Source: Octopus vulgaris (Eukaryota). Taken from it: a stretch of 64,000 bases of DNA. Numbering within the stretch: the stretch's first letter is position 1; each line of letters starts with the position of its first letter. The DNA lies in contig OX597826.1 of assembly GCA_951406725.2 (NCBI GenBank), positions 25,172,001-25,236,000 of the forward strand, given 5' to 3'. The notes below the pieces were generated by a model that saw only the letters and a program-made list of their open reading frames with translations, was not told where the DNA came from and did not search any database. Both the position numbers and the translations under genes were made by a program. Below, in pieces: positions 27,980 to 41,640 of this stretch.

Positions 27980-28918
27980 TCAATATAAGGGTAGCAAAAA
28001 ATTCAATAGAAATTTTTTTCCACCACCAGCGGTCCAGTGAGAAAGAAAAAATAGTCAACAGACTATATAATATACATTCAACAATTAAGGAATGGCCTTA
28101 ATAGGCCATTCAACTCACTAGAACGAGCAGCTAGACTCAAACCGCTAAATAGTAGTAATTCAGAAATCATAGGAAAATTAAAAACATTTACCCTAATCAT
28201 CTTTGGACAATGCATTGTTTCGACGTACTTTTTGGTAAGCCAGCCTAATCAGATTAAATTAAATTTAATCAAGTCAATTTAATCAAGAATTATATATATA
28301 TATATATATATATATGCATACATATATACATACATATGTATATATCTGTGCTGTGTATGTGTAGGGGAGGTTTGTTTTTTTCATGTCTTCATATTGACAT
28401 CATCTGAGCAATGCTGATGTTTGTTTATCTTTCCCTCTAAACAACACATCGTGTTTCATAGCTTACAAGCTTTGTCAGTCTCAACATGTAAACACCAAAG
28501 GAATGTAACGAACCTTACTGAAAGAAACAAGTGACGTTTGACAATAGGAGCAGCATCCAACCGTAGCACATAGCCTCAATAAGTCTCATCTGACCCATGA
28601 GATCATGGGGAAAACCAGAAGTAAAGTAGATAATGGTGATGATGATGATGATGATGATGATGATGACACACATGTTAGTCTTTTATTCAGGGTATGTTTA
28701 TTGTGCATAGATATACAGACTTGTCAAGCAAACAAGTGTATAAGTGATATTCACAATCTGCATTGAATATATTAAAATGAAACTAACTAATCAACTTTAC
28801 TCTAAAAAATACTACCCAACAGTAAAAATAGGCCAAGGATGACACAAAAGAATTGCAGTAAACCGATAATAATTTGGTTTAAGTCTATATCTACTTTAGA
28901 AGACATGAGTGTTTTTTA

Positions 28919-29215
28919 TTTCATTTAGTTGAGCGTGGGCTGCGGGGTCACTCTGAAAAGCTCTATCTACAACGATTTCATCTCAATTGAAGGAGAGGGG
29001 CTTTCTCCATCCGGGTTGTGGATCCGTGGAATAAGCTACCAGACAAGATAGTGAAGATGCTGACGACCGCTCGGTTCAAAGTCTCTCTTGACCAGAAATG
29101 GCCTGAACTCTTTGTATGACCACCCTCCCTGTACATAACTCCCTGTCCCCCTACATGGCCTTGCTTTTGCTTTTTGAGCCAATAAAAATTAAATTGAATT
29201 GAAAAAAAATTGAAT
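28919..29215 (+). mobile_element. CR1-clade LINE 3' end
   Basis: GLRGHSEKLYLQRFHLN*RRGAFSIRVVDPWNKLP...FKVSLD is the CR1 C-terminal motif; AATAAA and an (AATTG)-like tail follow. Confidence 0.85.
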
Positions 29216-29314
29216 TATATTCTGTGCATTCTTAATATATTTAATATACACAAAATTATAAATCAATTATATAGCTATGTATACACACACACACACACTC
29301 CACATACCTATATA

Positions 29315-29710
29315 CTCTTTTACATGTTTCAGTCATTTGATTATGGCCATGCTGGAGCACCGCCTTTAGTCGGGCAAATCGACCCTAGGACTTATTCTTT
29401 GTAAGCCTAGTACTTATTCTATCGGTATCTTTTGCCGAACTGCTAAGTTACGAGGACGTAAACACACCAGCATTGGTTGTCAAGCGATGTTGGGGGGACA
29501 AATACAGGCACACAAACATATACACACATACATATATATATATATATACATACACACACATATACAACAAGCTTCTTTCAATTTCCGTCTACCAAATCTA
29601 CTCACAAGGCTTTGGTCGGCCCGAGGCTATAGTGGAAGACACTTGCCCAAGGTGCCACACAGTGGCACCATGTGGTTGGTAAGCAAGCTATTTACCACAC
29701 AGCCACTCCT
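29315..29710 (-). mobile_element. SINE family A
   Basis: Reverse complement of the family A consensus; further minus copies at ~18700-19000, ~30085-30515, ~31320-31725. Confidence 0.88.
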
Positions 29711-32274
29711 ATGCCTTATATATATATACACACATTTCTTTTTTATTCTCGTCCTGCAGTGTTTTCTTTCTTTTGATGAAAGACTATTGTCCGAAAAGTT
29801 AAATGTTTTGTGTTAATCTCTTTTTAATTTGTTTTGGGGTATGTCACTGGGATTAGAAGGTTCTTATGTCATTTCTGTTATAAGGTGGAGTTAGTTATAA
29901 AAATCTGATAACTTCACCAAAATAATTTTTTTCATACTCTGCAAATAATTATAGTTTAGCATGGCCAAATTGCCTTTATAAGGTGAATATGAATCGGACA
30001 CTCAAAGCACACACAAACATATGTAACGGACGTTAAACGATGATGATGATGATGATGATATATTCATCTATCTATGTATCTACATCTTTTATCTTTTACT
30101 CATTTGAATCACTGAGCGGTAGTCATGCTGGGGCACCACCTTGAGGGGTTTTTGTCAAACAAATTGATTCCGGAACTTAATTTTTAATCCTAGTATTCAA
30201 TCTATCAGTCTCTTCTGCTGAACTGCTAAATTACAGGGATGTAAACACACCAACACCGGTTGTCAAGTGGTAATGAGGATGGGTGGGTGAGGTGGACAAA
30301 CTGACACAAAGACATGCACACATAAACATATACATACATATATATATACATATACAACAGGTTTCTTTCAGTTTCTGTCTACCACATTTACTCACAAGGT
30401 TTTGATCGGCCCAAGGATATAGTAGAAGACACTTGCTCAAGGTGCCATGCAGTAGGACTGAACCCGGAACCATGTGGTTGGGAAGTAAGCTTCTTACCAG
30501 ACAGCCACAACTGTGCCTATTTGTGTGTTCTCATGCCATGTCACATCCACCCTTAAGTGGTGAATACCTCACCTTCTGGTATTCATACTGCTTCTGTCAC
30601 ATTGTTTAAATATAAATATAGAAATGTGTGTGTGTGTACACAAATGGATTATATTGTTTATTTTTCTTTGTGCTTGTGTATTACCCACATTTGATGTACA
30701 GCTGCTACACTTATACCTCAGGGCTAGAATTTAAATAAACCATATATAAAAAAAAAAAACGAAAAAAAAAAGGCAACTGTTGCCAATGTGGATGACAATG
30801 ATGCCAACAACCCCTACAGCATCATTAAACTCAAATGTTTGTTTGTTTTTTTGATGCACGTAGTAAGACACAGCACATTTCTTTTTCACTGTTCAACAAG
30901 TTGCTTCATCCAACTAAACAGACGCAACACACGTGGCTTCTAACCTTTGTTACATAACATTGAAATAAAGATATAAAATATCCTGGGGGCTCCCGTCTCA
31001 CCAATGAGCACCTTTGCATGCATCCATACACAAACAAATACACGCACATATGTAATCTTCCTAAGTAATCCTTAAGAAGGATTTTGCTTTTGCGACAAGC
31101 TATTTTTTCTTTTATTTTTTTCTCTCGCCTGTTGTTTGTTTGGCTAATGTCTTTTTACCTAAATACAAAAATTACATATATTATCTTCAGCTGCTATAAG
31201 CAAAGCCTTCTGCCCTGTCTTTATTTCTGCTTTTATAAAGAAATTCTTTCATCTTTGTAGAATCAATAGAGGTTTTAATAAAGGGCCTTGTGGTGTTTAT
31301 ATTCCGCCTCTTTCATCTATTTAATCAGTTCAGTCATTGGACTGTGGCCATGCTGGAGCACTGCCTTGCAGGATTTTAATCAAACAGATTGACCCAGCAT
31401 TTATTTATTTATTTAAAAAAAAAATCTCATATTCTATTAGTCTCTTTTCCCAAACTGCTAAATTACAGGGACATGAACAAACCAACAGCTGTTAAATAGA
31501 GTGAGAGTGTGTCTGTTGGAGTGACAGACACAGACACAAAGAAACACATACAAACACAGGCAAACAACAGGCTTCCACACAGTTTCTGTTGAGTAAATTT
31601 ACTAACAAGGTATGGGTTGACCTGAGGTTATAGCAGAAGACACCTGCCCAAGGTGTCACACAGTGAGACTGAACCTCAAATCACCTTGTTGCAAAGCGTG
31701 CTTCTTAACCTCACAGCCATGCATGTGCCTACATTTACTTACATCTTTTTCATATCCTGAGTTCAAGTCTTGCCTATGTCAGCTCTGTCTTTCATTCCTT
31801 TTGGGGCTGGATTAAATATGAACCAACCAAGTGCGAAGGAGGGGCGAATAATTAAATCAACTTTCACCTTTTCACAAGAATTGCCGCCTTGTGTTTTTAT
31901 CAGTGTCAGCAGGTAGATAGTGAGCTGGCAGAATTGTTAGCATGCCAGGGGAAAAATGTTTAGCAGCATTCCATCTGTTTTATGTTCTGAGTTCAAATTC
32001 TACCGAGGCTGATTTTGCCTTTTAGCCTTTAATGGTCGATAAAATAAGTATGAGTCGAGTACAGGGAGTGATGTAATTGACTTTAGCCGTTCCTTGAAAT
32101 TACTGGCATTGTGCCAAAATTTGAAAACATTATGACTATTAGAAGGGTGGTGGACTGTCAAATATTAGCCTGTCAGACAAAATATCTTGCAGTATTTCTT
32201 TTGGGTCTTTACATTTGGAGTTCAATGCCCTGTGAAGCCTTCCTTCTTCCCAATGTTGATAAAATCATGTTTAA

Positions 32275-32495
32275 CCCTTTCGTTTCTGTATTTATTTTGA
32301 GATACTCTGTATTTCTTTCAATTACTTTAAATATAACAAAGAATTTAGGAAAATAACTTTGTTATCATTAAGTTAGTGTTAGGAATATAAATTGTAACTA
32401 AGGTCTGGGGGAAGATTTTAATTCAAAACTTATGAAAACAAGACATTTGTATTACAAAGCCAGAGCCGGTTTCAGCTGGGTTGGTAACGAAAGGG
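32275..32495. mobile_element. piggyBac-like TTAA MITE
   Basis: TTAA|CCCTTTCGTT...AACGAAAGGG; inverted copy of 61730-61951. Confidence 0.8.
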
Positions 32496-32992
32496 ATGTA
32501 TCAGGAAAAGGATGTTTGAGATGTATCAGGAAAGTTTCTCTTCAGGATACACACCTGGGAAAAGTATTTTTTTCTTTTTGTAGAAAACTACAGTAGTTGC
32601 TCAAGCAAGTAAGTCTGACATCTCCATACTACTGATATTGTTTAAGGAAAGGGTAAGACAAAGGCCCACCCAGCTTGGCACCAGTGTTGTTGCAGTTCTT
32701 ACTCTCAGAAACACAAAGACCAAGGAAAGCTACTTACAGCAAGGCATCTTGTCCGATGCTCGAACAGTTCTGCCAATCCAGCTTCCCCATCCCTACCCCC
32801 GGATTTGTACTTTTATTTTTAAGAAAATCCCAAAAGGATGAAAGACAACATTGGACCTCAGTAAGGTTTGAACCAAGAAGGCAGGGGTTTGAAACAAGAA
32901 CTGAAAAGGCTAGCCAACATGTCGACGACTCAGGATCAATTTATTGTCTTTATTGAAATATATGAAGGAAATAAAAATTAAACAATGCTTAC

Positions 32993-33089
32993 AGGCATTC
33001 CATATGCTCTAAGGATATCCATTTTACACATGGGACAACTTCTTTGTTCTAACAGCCACGGATCCACACAGGATTTATGTAAAATATGT
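32993..33089 (-). CDS. Goliath-family RING-H2 E3 ligase, exon encoding the second half of the RING
   Basis: gtttctgttctttgtttcag|ACATATT...ATGCCT|gtaagc; 97 bp, phase 2 to 0, in frame with the 83-bp exon; (K)[32 protein letters not shown] completes the C3H2C3 motif. Confidence 0.95.
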
Positions 33090-33149
33090 CTGAAACAAAG
33101 AACAGAAACAACAGCTTTAAGAGAGCAATATTAGTATTAATAGTGTAGT

Positions 33150-34150
33150 CTTTACCACAATCCCAACAACCACACAGCAGTCTTAACAGCAATGCCACAG
33201 TCCCAAAAATCTTACTGCAATCCCAACAATCATACCTATTTCTTTACAACCCACAAGGGGCTAAACACAGAGAGGACAAACGAGGACAAACAAACGGATT
33301 AAGTCGATTACATCGACCCCAATGCGTAACTGGTACATATTTAATCGACCCCGAAAGGATGAAAGGCAAAGTCAACTTCGGCGGAATTTGAACTCAGAAT
33401 GTAACAGCAGATGAAATATGGTTACGCATTTTGCCTGGCGTGCTAACGTGTCTGCCAGCTCGCCGCCTTATCCCAACAATCATACCGTGGTCCCAACAGC
33501 CATACCACAGTCCTGACAGCCATACTATACAGACCCCAAATTGCCATCACAATCCCAACAGTCATACCACAGTCCAAAAATCCTAACCATAGTCCCAAAG
33601 ACCTTACCACAATCCCAACAACCATACCATAGTCCCAACAGCCAGACCACAGTCCCAACAGCCAGACCACAATCCTAAAAACCCTACCACAATCCCAACA
33701 GCCATACTGGAGTCCCAACAACCTTACTACTGAAATGTCTTATTTTTTTAAGTTAGGATCACATCCAATTCTAAAATGTATAACTCACTAGACTGCTATC
33801 CAGGTAATATGGTCCATAGATTAAACATACTGGAATGCACCGATGTATCAAATGTTAGGAATTCTTATGTACCATGGGGAACATCACAGTAAAAAAAATT
33901 CCTGGCTTTGCATTCCAAAAGACCACCATTTGTACGTGTGACCAGTTCCTGTCAAACACAGTTGCACCAGGGAGATAACTCCCTACCTATGAAGACCCGT
34001 AGAACATTCCAGAACATCACAACCACAATCCCAACAATACCACCATAATCCCATCAGCTTTACCACAATCCCAAAAAAGGCTCACCAGTCCCCAAAACTG
34101 CACCAAAGTCTCAACAGCCTCACACTAGTCTCACCACAGTGTCACCATAC
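33150..34150. repeat. ~20-bp minisatellite (consensus ~TACCACAATCCCAACAGCCA), interrupted by a SINE and a unique block at ~33730-34010
   Basis: Repeated accacaatcccaaca/accacagtcccaaca units. Confidence 0.85.
33237..33469 (-). mobile_element. SINE family B with 17-bp TSD
   Basis: TSD atcccaacaatcatacc at 33220-33236 and 33470-33486. Confidence 0.92.
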
Positions 34151-35247
34151 AAATCTCCTCAAGTACATAGTTTGAAATGTGATCTACAAAAATGAGATAG
34201 GAGTGAATATATGGAATGAATATGGCGTTGAAGGTAAGAAAATATGCGTCAGAGAATAAGAATGAGAGGAAGAGGAAGAGAGAAAGGGAAGGAGGAGGAA
34301 ATAGGTTGGTTATCTCTGCTTCTCATGTATTTGCATACGTGTGTGTTTGTGTGTGTGTATGAGTGTCTGTGTATATGAGCGTGTGTATGAATAAAGGGAG
34401 AAAACAAGTGTGCTAGAGAGAGAGGGCGTGTGTGTGTGTTTGATAGTTAGTGTGTGTATGTATGTGTGTGTGTAAACATTCTGCTATGTGTATGCCTAAG
34501 CTTGGACGTGAGCTTGTTTATGTTTACTTGAGATGCTCCTGATAAATATTTTCCTTTATTCATTCAATCACAATTATAAAACCATGTATATATTTAAGTG
34601 TGTGTGTGTATGCATGTGCACACACACACTTACTCGAAAATTTTGAAGTGGATCGCTTGGAGATTAAATATAAAGTAAGATTTTAAAAAACAATCTTAAA
34701 TCCAATATAAATGATTAATACGAACTCTGAAGAATTTTATTTTCTGTTTTTGATAAGAATTTCCTTGTATTCATAAAAGCAAGCTCTTAATGTACACTAT
34801 CAAGTGAAAATGCAAGATATTTAGCAAGAGTACATACAAAGGACGTTAATCGAGGAGCAATAGTAATAGACAAAGGTAAACGTGGCTGTGTGGTTAAGAA
34901 GTCCATTGCCCAATCACATAGTTTCAGGTTCAATCCCACAGCCAAGCAACTAAAAACCTGATGAGTGGATTTCGTAGATGAAAACTGTGGAAGCCTGTCA
35001 TGTGGTTGTGTGTGTGTGTGTTCTTATTCTTTTGTTCTTTTACTTGTTTCAGTCAATTGATAACGGCCATGCTGGAGCATTGCCTTAAGGGAGTTTAGTT
35101 GAACAATTTGACCCTAGGGCTTGTTTTTTGTAAGCCCAGTAGTTATTCTATCGGTCTCTTCTGCCAAAATGCTAAGTTACGGGGATGTAAACACACCAAC
35201 ATCGGTTGTCAAGTGATAATTGAAGGGGGACAAACACAAAGGCATGG

Positions 35248-35286
<39 letters not shown>

Positions 35287-35764
35287 GTAAATCCAAAAAA
35301 GAAGAACAAATACAAAAAAACAATGCGAGGACATGGTACATGTAATGTATCAACAGACGCTCAGGAAAGGAAAGAAAGATGGTTTAATGTTTTGAGCAGA
35401 TGCTCTTCTTTGGAAACAGAGGAAAGTCCAAAAGAAGGGAAGACGGAGGAAGAAAATTGCCAATGATTCACATGTGGTTACATTTTGAAATGACCGGAAG
35501 GGAACGGGTAAAGAAAAGGTTCTAAGACAGGAGAATGTAAGAGAAGGAAGGTATGTGTGTGCGCAGGTCTGTGTGTGTGTAATAATAGCATGTGTGTGTA
35601 GTTTTGGTTTTTTATATGTGTATGTGTCAGTGAACTTTGTGCCACTTAATGTCGTAGGAGGAACTTATAGTAGAAGTGGCTGTCTTTTGTGTAGTGTGTC
35701 CCTTCACATGTGCATAGGAGAATGGTCAGTAGAAAGGTGTTTAACTGGTAGTTTGAAGTTGTGT

Positions 35765-35799
<35 letters not shown>

Positions 35800-36849
35800 T
35801 GACGGGCTTCTTTCAGTTTCTGTCTATCAAATCCACTTGCAAGGCCTTGGTGGGCCTGAGGCTATAGTAGAAGAGACTTTTCCAAGGTGCTACACCTGTT
35901 TTCCATGCTGGCATGGGTTGAATGGCTTGACAAGAGCTAGCAAGGCCAGGGACCACACCAGGTTCCATGGTCAGTTTTGGCTTGGTTTCTACAGCTGAAT
36001 GCCCTTCCTTAATGCCAACCACTTTACAAAGTGCACTGGGTGGGTTTTATATGGCACTAGCACCAGATATATAGACATGAGTATATTTAGTAGATGGAAA
36101 CTGAAAGAAGTTTATCATATATCATCATTATCATTATTTAAAATCTGCTTTCCATGCTGGCATGGGCTTGACAGATTGACAAGATACAGGGAGCTGCGAA
36201 GTTATGCTGAACTCCAGTATCAGCTTTGGCATGGTTTCTGCAGTTGGATGCCCTTCCTATTGTCAACCACTTTACAGTGTGTACTGAGTGCTTTTTTCTC
36301 ATGCTACTGGCACTTGTGAAGTTGCTAGGTAACTTGTAAGATAGAAAGAGAGAGCAGGGGAAATAGGAAAAAGCCCCCACTTAAAGGTGACAGGTGATGT
36401 TGAGTATCTGAGGTGAGTGAAGTGACTTTAAACCAATGCTAGGTAGGATAGAGGGACAAGCGCAGGTGTGTTACTGACTTCTTGTCTTGATGCCATGTTA
36501 TAGTTGGAAGTGAATGTTAACCATTTTATACAGAGTGTTATTCATTTCCAATCTTCCATGAAAACATGTCCAGTTATGAAGAATATTACATTGCTTGAAA
36601 ACAAGTGAGGATTAGTGACAAAAAGAGCATCCAGCCAGAGGAAAATTCCATCAGATCTATGCAGACATGGAAAGGTAGACATTAAAGCACTGATGATGAT
36701 GATGACGACGACGACGACGATAAAATCTTGATTAGAAAAGGCAGTGTTTAGCTAGGTGTAAAACCTTTATCACTCTTGAAAACTACAATGAGAACTTTGC
36801 TGTAAACTCTATATGCAGGCTAATAAATTTTGCAGAAACTGAACATATA

Positions 36850-37010
36850 CACTCTTGGAGTGGTTGGCTTTAGGAAGGGCATCCAGCTGTAGAAACTCTG
36901 CCAGATCAAGATTGGAGCCTGGTGCAGCTATCTGGTTTGCCAGCCCTCAGTCAAACCGTCCAACTCATGCTAGCATGGAAAGCGGACGTTAAACGATGAT
37001 GATGATGATG
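36850..37010 (+). mobile_element. Short RTE-3'UTR-derived element with (GAT)n tail
   Basis: gtggttggc...ggcatccagctgtagaaac...catgctagcatggaaagcggacgttaaacgatgatgat; similar copies at ~9945-10090, ~37480-37655, ~44650-44815 and ~60505-60720 (-). Confidence 0.75.
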
Positions 37011-37742
37011 AACTCTGGAAAGTTAGTAAATAAGCCGAATAAATAGAAAAGTTAGAGAAGAGCTATTAGATTACAACAATTGAATAACCCCATTGCAGTA
37101 CTTAATCAGTTTAGCAAAATTAGGGATAAAAACAGATGTAATATCAATTTGATATTCTTGATGTCTGCCTGTCAATTTATAAGTTACTCTCCTTAAAGCC
37201 CCAGAATTTGGTAAAACATGTGTTATCCACAATAAGGACTGTTCATACAATCAGGCAGGCTAGAAATCAGAAACTGATGTTTTCCCAAAGTGATTCTAGA
37301 TGGATGAAAGTTATTAATGATGTTACAATGGGTTTCTTTGATGGCGCTGAAAGACTGTGATTGAGTTTGATTTGTTGATTGATTTAAAAGGTCAGTTTAA
37401 ATCTGGATTTCATAGTTTGAATATAATTTTGTATAGAGATGACAGTCTAAGAACTACCAAAGAATATAGAGATGTATAAAAAAACACCCACTACATTCTC
37501 GGAGTGATTGGCGTTAAGAATGGCATCCAGCTGTAGAAATACTGCCAGATCAGACTGGAGCCTGGTGCATCTTCCTGGCTTCCCAGACCCTGGTCGAACT
37601 GTCCAACCCATGCTAGCATGGAAAACAGAGTTAAATGATGATGATGATGATGATAACCATAATAGAATAAGGAAAGAGCATTTCAATGCTTCCAAAGAAT
37701 TTAGGCTTAATTTCACTGTAGTTAGCTATACCACAATAGTCA

Positions 37743-38080
37743 AGGTGCGTGGCTCAGTGGTTAGAGTGTTAGGCTCACAATCACGAGGTAGTGAGTTTGA
37801 TTCTTGGACTGGGCTGTGCATTGTGTTCTTGAGCAAGACACTTTATTTCATGTTGCTCCAGTTCACTCAGCTGTAGAAACGAGTTGCAGTGTCACTGGTG
37901 CCAGGCTGTATTGGCCTTTGCCATTCCCTTGGATAACATTGGTGGTATGGAGAGAGGAGGCTGATATGCATGGGTGACTGCTGGTCTTCCATAAACAATG
38001 TTGCCTGGACTTGTGTCTTGGAGGGGAACTTTCAAGGTGCAATCCTATGGTCATTCATGAATGAAGGGTGTCTTTACACT
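37743..38080 (+). mobile_element. tRNA-derived SINE family F (V-domain-like)
   Basis: tggctcagtgg A-box, gagtttgattc B-box, gtgttcttgagcaagacact; second copy at ~45590-45935. Confidence 0.75.
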
Positions 38081-39614
38081 TAAACCCTATAGACAGTGAA
38101 ATGAAAACTTCATTTACATTAATAGAAACTCCAGTCATCCACCGTTTTTAGGAACCTTGTCAGTAATATTGGTAGAATAATCTTGAACATCTCAATTAAA
38201 AAATATTTGAGACAGTTACAAGCAACTACAAAATGCTGAAAAGTTGTGGATTTTTGTGAACAGATTAAGTTTATTCCCAAGTCTGCTCCAATCTCAGCTA
38301 ATGGGACAAAACAAATGCTACTGTAATGTAATCTGGTTTAACTCTCCATTCGAGTCAAATTTAACTTTAGAAATAATTTCCAAGTTCATCTTCAACTAAT
38401 ACTTCCTAAATCTCAGAAGCATTTCCTTAAAGGTCATAAATATTGGTTTCAAATTTTTGCACGAGGCCAACAATTCTGGGTGCTTCTTTCTCATGACACT
38501 GGCACTAGTGAAGTTGCTAGGTAACTTGTAAGACAGAAAGAGAGAACAGGGGAAATGGGAAAAAAGCCCCCACTTATAGGTGATGGTGAGTATTTATTTT
38601 ATCAACCTCAAAGGGACGAAAGGCAAAGCTGATAATGACAAAATTTGAACTCAGAACATAAAGACGGGTGAATTACTGCTAGGATTTTGTCCAGTGTGCT
38701 AATGATTCTGCCAGCTCACTGTCTTAAAGATCATAAATATTAAAGATTATTCAAACAGAAAACCTAAAAGTAAGCTATAGTTGCAAGAATAATATGGGAG
38801 AAATTATTGCTAGTATCAGGCACTCCAAGCCACAGAATAAGTCATCCAACAGCTATGCGAATGGGCAACAAAATGCAAATCTAGAAAACTGCAATTGCCA
38901 AAGGAAGGAGCTCTGATAATTAAACAATTTATGCAAAGCTAATGTTTCACTAACGTTTCAAGCTGTTGTGTCAGTGCAATGTGACAAGCAATTTCCTAAA
39001 TCCTATATTGGGATAAGTGAGGGCAATTCAAGAGCCAGTGTCATGACATCAAGCTGCCTACTCCCATTTCAAGTAACTTCCTGGTAATATGAAACTGCCT
39101 TCATTCACATTAACTTGAGGCTATCTTGTATCCAATTTCCAATTACCTCCCTCTCTGATGTAGCTAGAATGATAAATGCTAATGCTTACAAGTCATGATA
39201 TGTGTATTACATAAAGCATGTGAAACATACCAGATTGTAAATGAGTCGCAAAACATTAAAAGATAAAAAATGTTACAGTTTTTTTTTATTGTGTCCCTCA
39301 ACTAGAATAAAATTACAGATGTAATTACAAATGCAAATAAAAAATATATTTACATACTTCAAAAGCATGTGTACATGTGTGTAATTATAAGATTATTTTC
39401 AGTTTCACCAAATGTGTATGCATTTGTGATTATGTGTGTGTATGTATATATGTATGTGTATACACACACATATATACATATACACACAAAAATACATGCA
39501 CATACACAAATATATATACATATACACATGTATACATATATTAACATACAGACACACATATATACAAATACACACACATGTGTGTATGTGTGTGCACGTG
39601 TCATTCTCTCATAC

Positions 39615-40015
39615 TCTTTACCCTTTTACTTGTTTCAGTCATTTGACTGTGGCCATGCTGGAGCACTGCCTTTAGTGGAAGAAATTGACCCCAGTTCTTA
39701 TTCTTTGTAAGCCTAGTACTTATTCTATCAGTCTCTTTTGCCAAACCGCTAAGTTATGGCGACGCAAACATACAAGCATCGGTTGCCGAGCGATGTGGGG
39801 GGGGGACAAACACAGACACACAAACATATACACACACATACATATATATACACATATGACAGGTTTCTTTCAGTTTCTTACTACCAAATCCACTAACAAG
39901 GCTTTGGTCGACCTGAGGCTATAGTAGAAGACATTTGCCCAAGGTGCCACGCAGTGGGACTGAACCAGGAACCATGTGGTTGGTAAGCAAGCTACTTACT
40001 ACACAGCCACTCCTG
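39615..40015 (-). mobile_element. SINE family A, full length
   Basis: Reverse complement of the family A consensus. Confidence 0.9.
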
Positions 40016-40432
40016 TTCCATGTCTGTCTTTATACCAGTATCTCTTGAAAACGGTGCTTTCGTTTATGTCCTATAACTTAACAGTTCAACAAATAAAGAT
40101 TGATAAGATAATTACCACACTTAAAAATAAGTAATGGAGTCAATACAATTAACCAAAACCCTCCAAAGCAGTGCCCCAGAATGGTCATAATTCAACAACT
40201 GAAACAAGAGAATGACTAAAAGAATGACTCTCTCTCTCACACACACATTCTTAGGTATTCATAATCTCAAAAAAAAAAAATATATGCAGACACACACACA
40301 CAAACACACCCACACATACACAAACACACACGTATCTTTATCTCTTCCACGTCCAAATACAAATATGCTGATATCTATATAAGCACATGAATAAAACATC
40401 AAATAGATTTATCTTGTTATTATTTGTCAGCT

Positions 40433-41290
40433 TTAAGGCGGCGATTGTTAGCATGCTTGGTTAAACGCTTAGTGGCATTTCACTCATTGCTACGCTCTGA
40501 GTTCAAATTCTGCCATGGTTGACTTTACCTTTTAATCTTTTCGGAGTCGATAAAATAAGTACCAGTTGAACACTGGGGTCGATGTAATTGATTCATCGCT
40601 TCTCCCAAAATGCTACCCTTGTGGCAAAATCTGAAACCATTATTATTATTATTGTTAAGGTGACAAACTGGCAGAATCATTAGCATGTTGGACAAAATGC
40701 TTTGCGGCATTTCGTCCGTCTTAATGTTCTGGGTTCAAATTCCGTGGAGGTCCACTTTGTTTTTTATTCCTTTCAGAGTTGATCTGTTGATCTAATCAAC
40801 TTAGCCTTCCCTCAAAATTGCTGGCCTTGTGTCAAAATTTGAAACCTTTCTTTGTCAGCTGGCAGAGTTGTTAGCACACAGGGCAAAATGCTTAACGGCA
40901 TTTTGTCTGTCTCTATGTTCTGAGTTCAAATACTGCTAAAGTCGACTTTGCCTTTCATCCTTTTGGGGTCAATAAATTAAGTACCAGTGAAACACTGGGG
41001 TCGATGTAATTGACTAGTCCCATCCTATTCTTCTTCTTATTATTATTATCATTATTGTTTTTAAGGTGGTGAGCTGGCAGAATCGTTAGCACACAGGGCA
41101 GTATGCTTAGTGACATTTCATCTGTCTTTATGTTCCGAGTTCAAATTCTGCTGAGGTCAACTTCACCTTTCATCCTTTTCAGAGTTGATAAAAAAAAGTA
41201 CCAGTTGTGCACTGGGGTTGACATAATTGACTAGCCTGCTTCCCTCCCACAAAATTCCAAACCCTGTTTCTATAGTAGAAAGGATTATTT
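40433..41290 (+). mobile_element. Head-to-tail array of ~4 SINE family B copies
   Basis: Repeated tggcagaatc.ttagca...gagttcaaat...cctttcatcc units separated by (ATT)n. Confidence 0.85.
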
Positions 41291-41384
41291 GTCAGTTTTT
41301 CATTTGTTTAATTTTTGATGCTTTCTTCTTAATTTTATATAGGAAACTAGAAATATTTAGAAAAAATAAAAATAAGTTAGACCC

Positions 41385-41640
41385 AACCACAGGGTTCTGG
41401 GTTCAGTTCCACTGTGTGGCACCTTGGGCAAGTGTCTTCTACTATAGCCTTGGGCCAACCAAAGCCTTGTGAGTGGATTTGGTAGATGGAAACTGAAGGA
41501 AGCTTGTTGTATGTATGTATGTATGTGCCTTTGTTCCCACCACTGTTGCTTGAAAACCAATGTTGGTGTGTTTACATTGCTGTAACTTAGCAGGTCAGCA
41601 AAAGAAACTGATAGAATAAGTACCAGGCTAACAAAGAACA
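41385..41640 (+). mobile_element. SINE family A (truncated)
   Basis: gggttcagttccactgtgtggcaccttgggcaagtg... Confidence 0.85.

Noticed and set aside
33443-33721. Hydrophobic repetitive ORF, or CRISPR-like array
   Set aside because: Contiguous 20-bp tandem minisatellite without unique spacers, in eukaryotic DNA.
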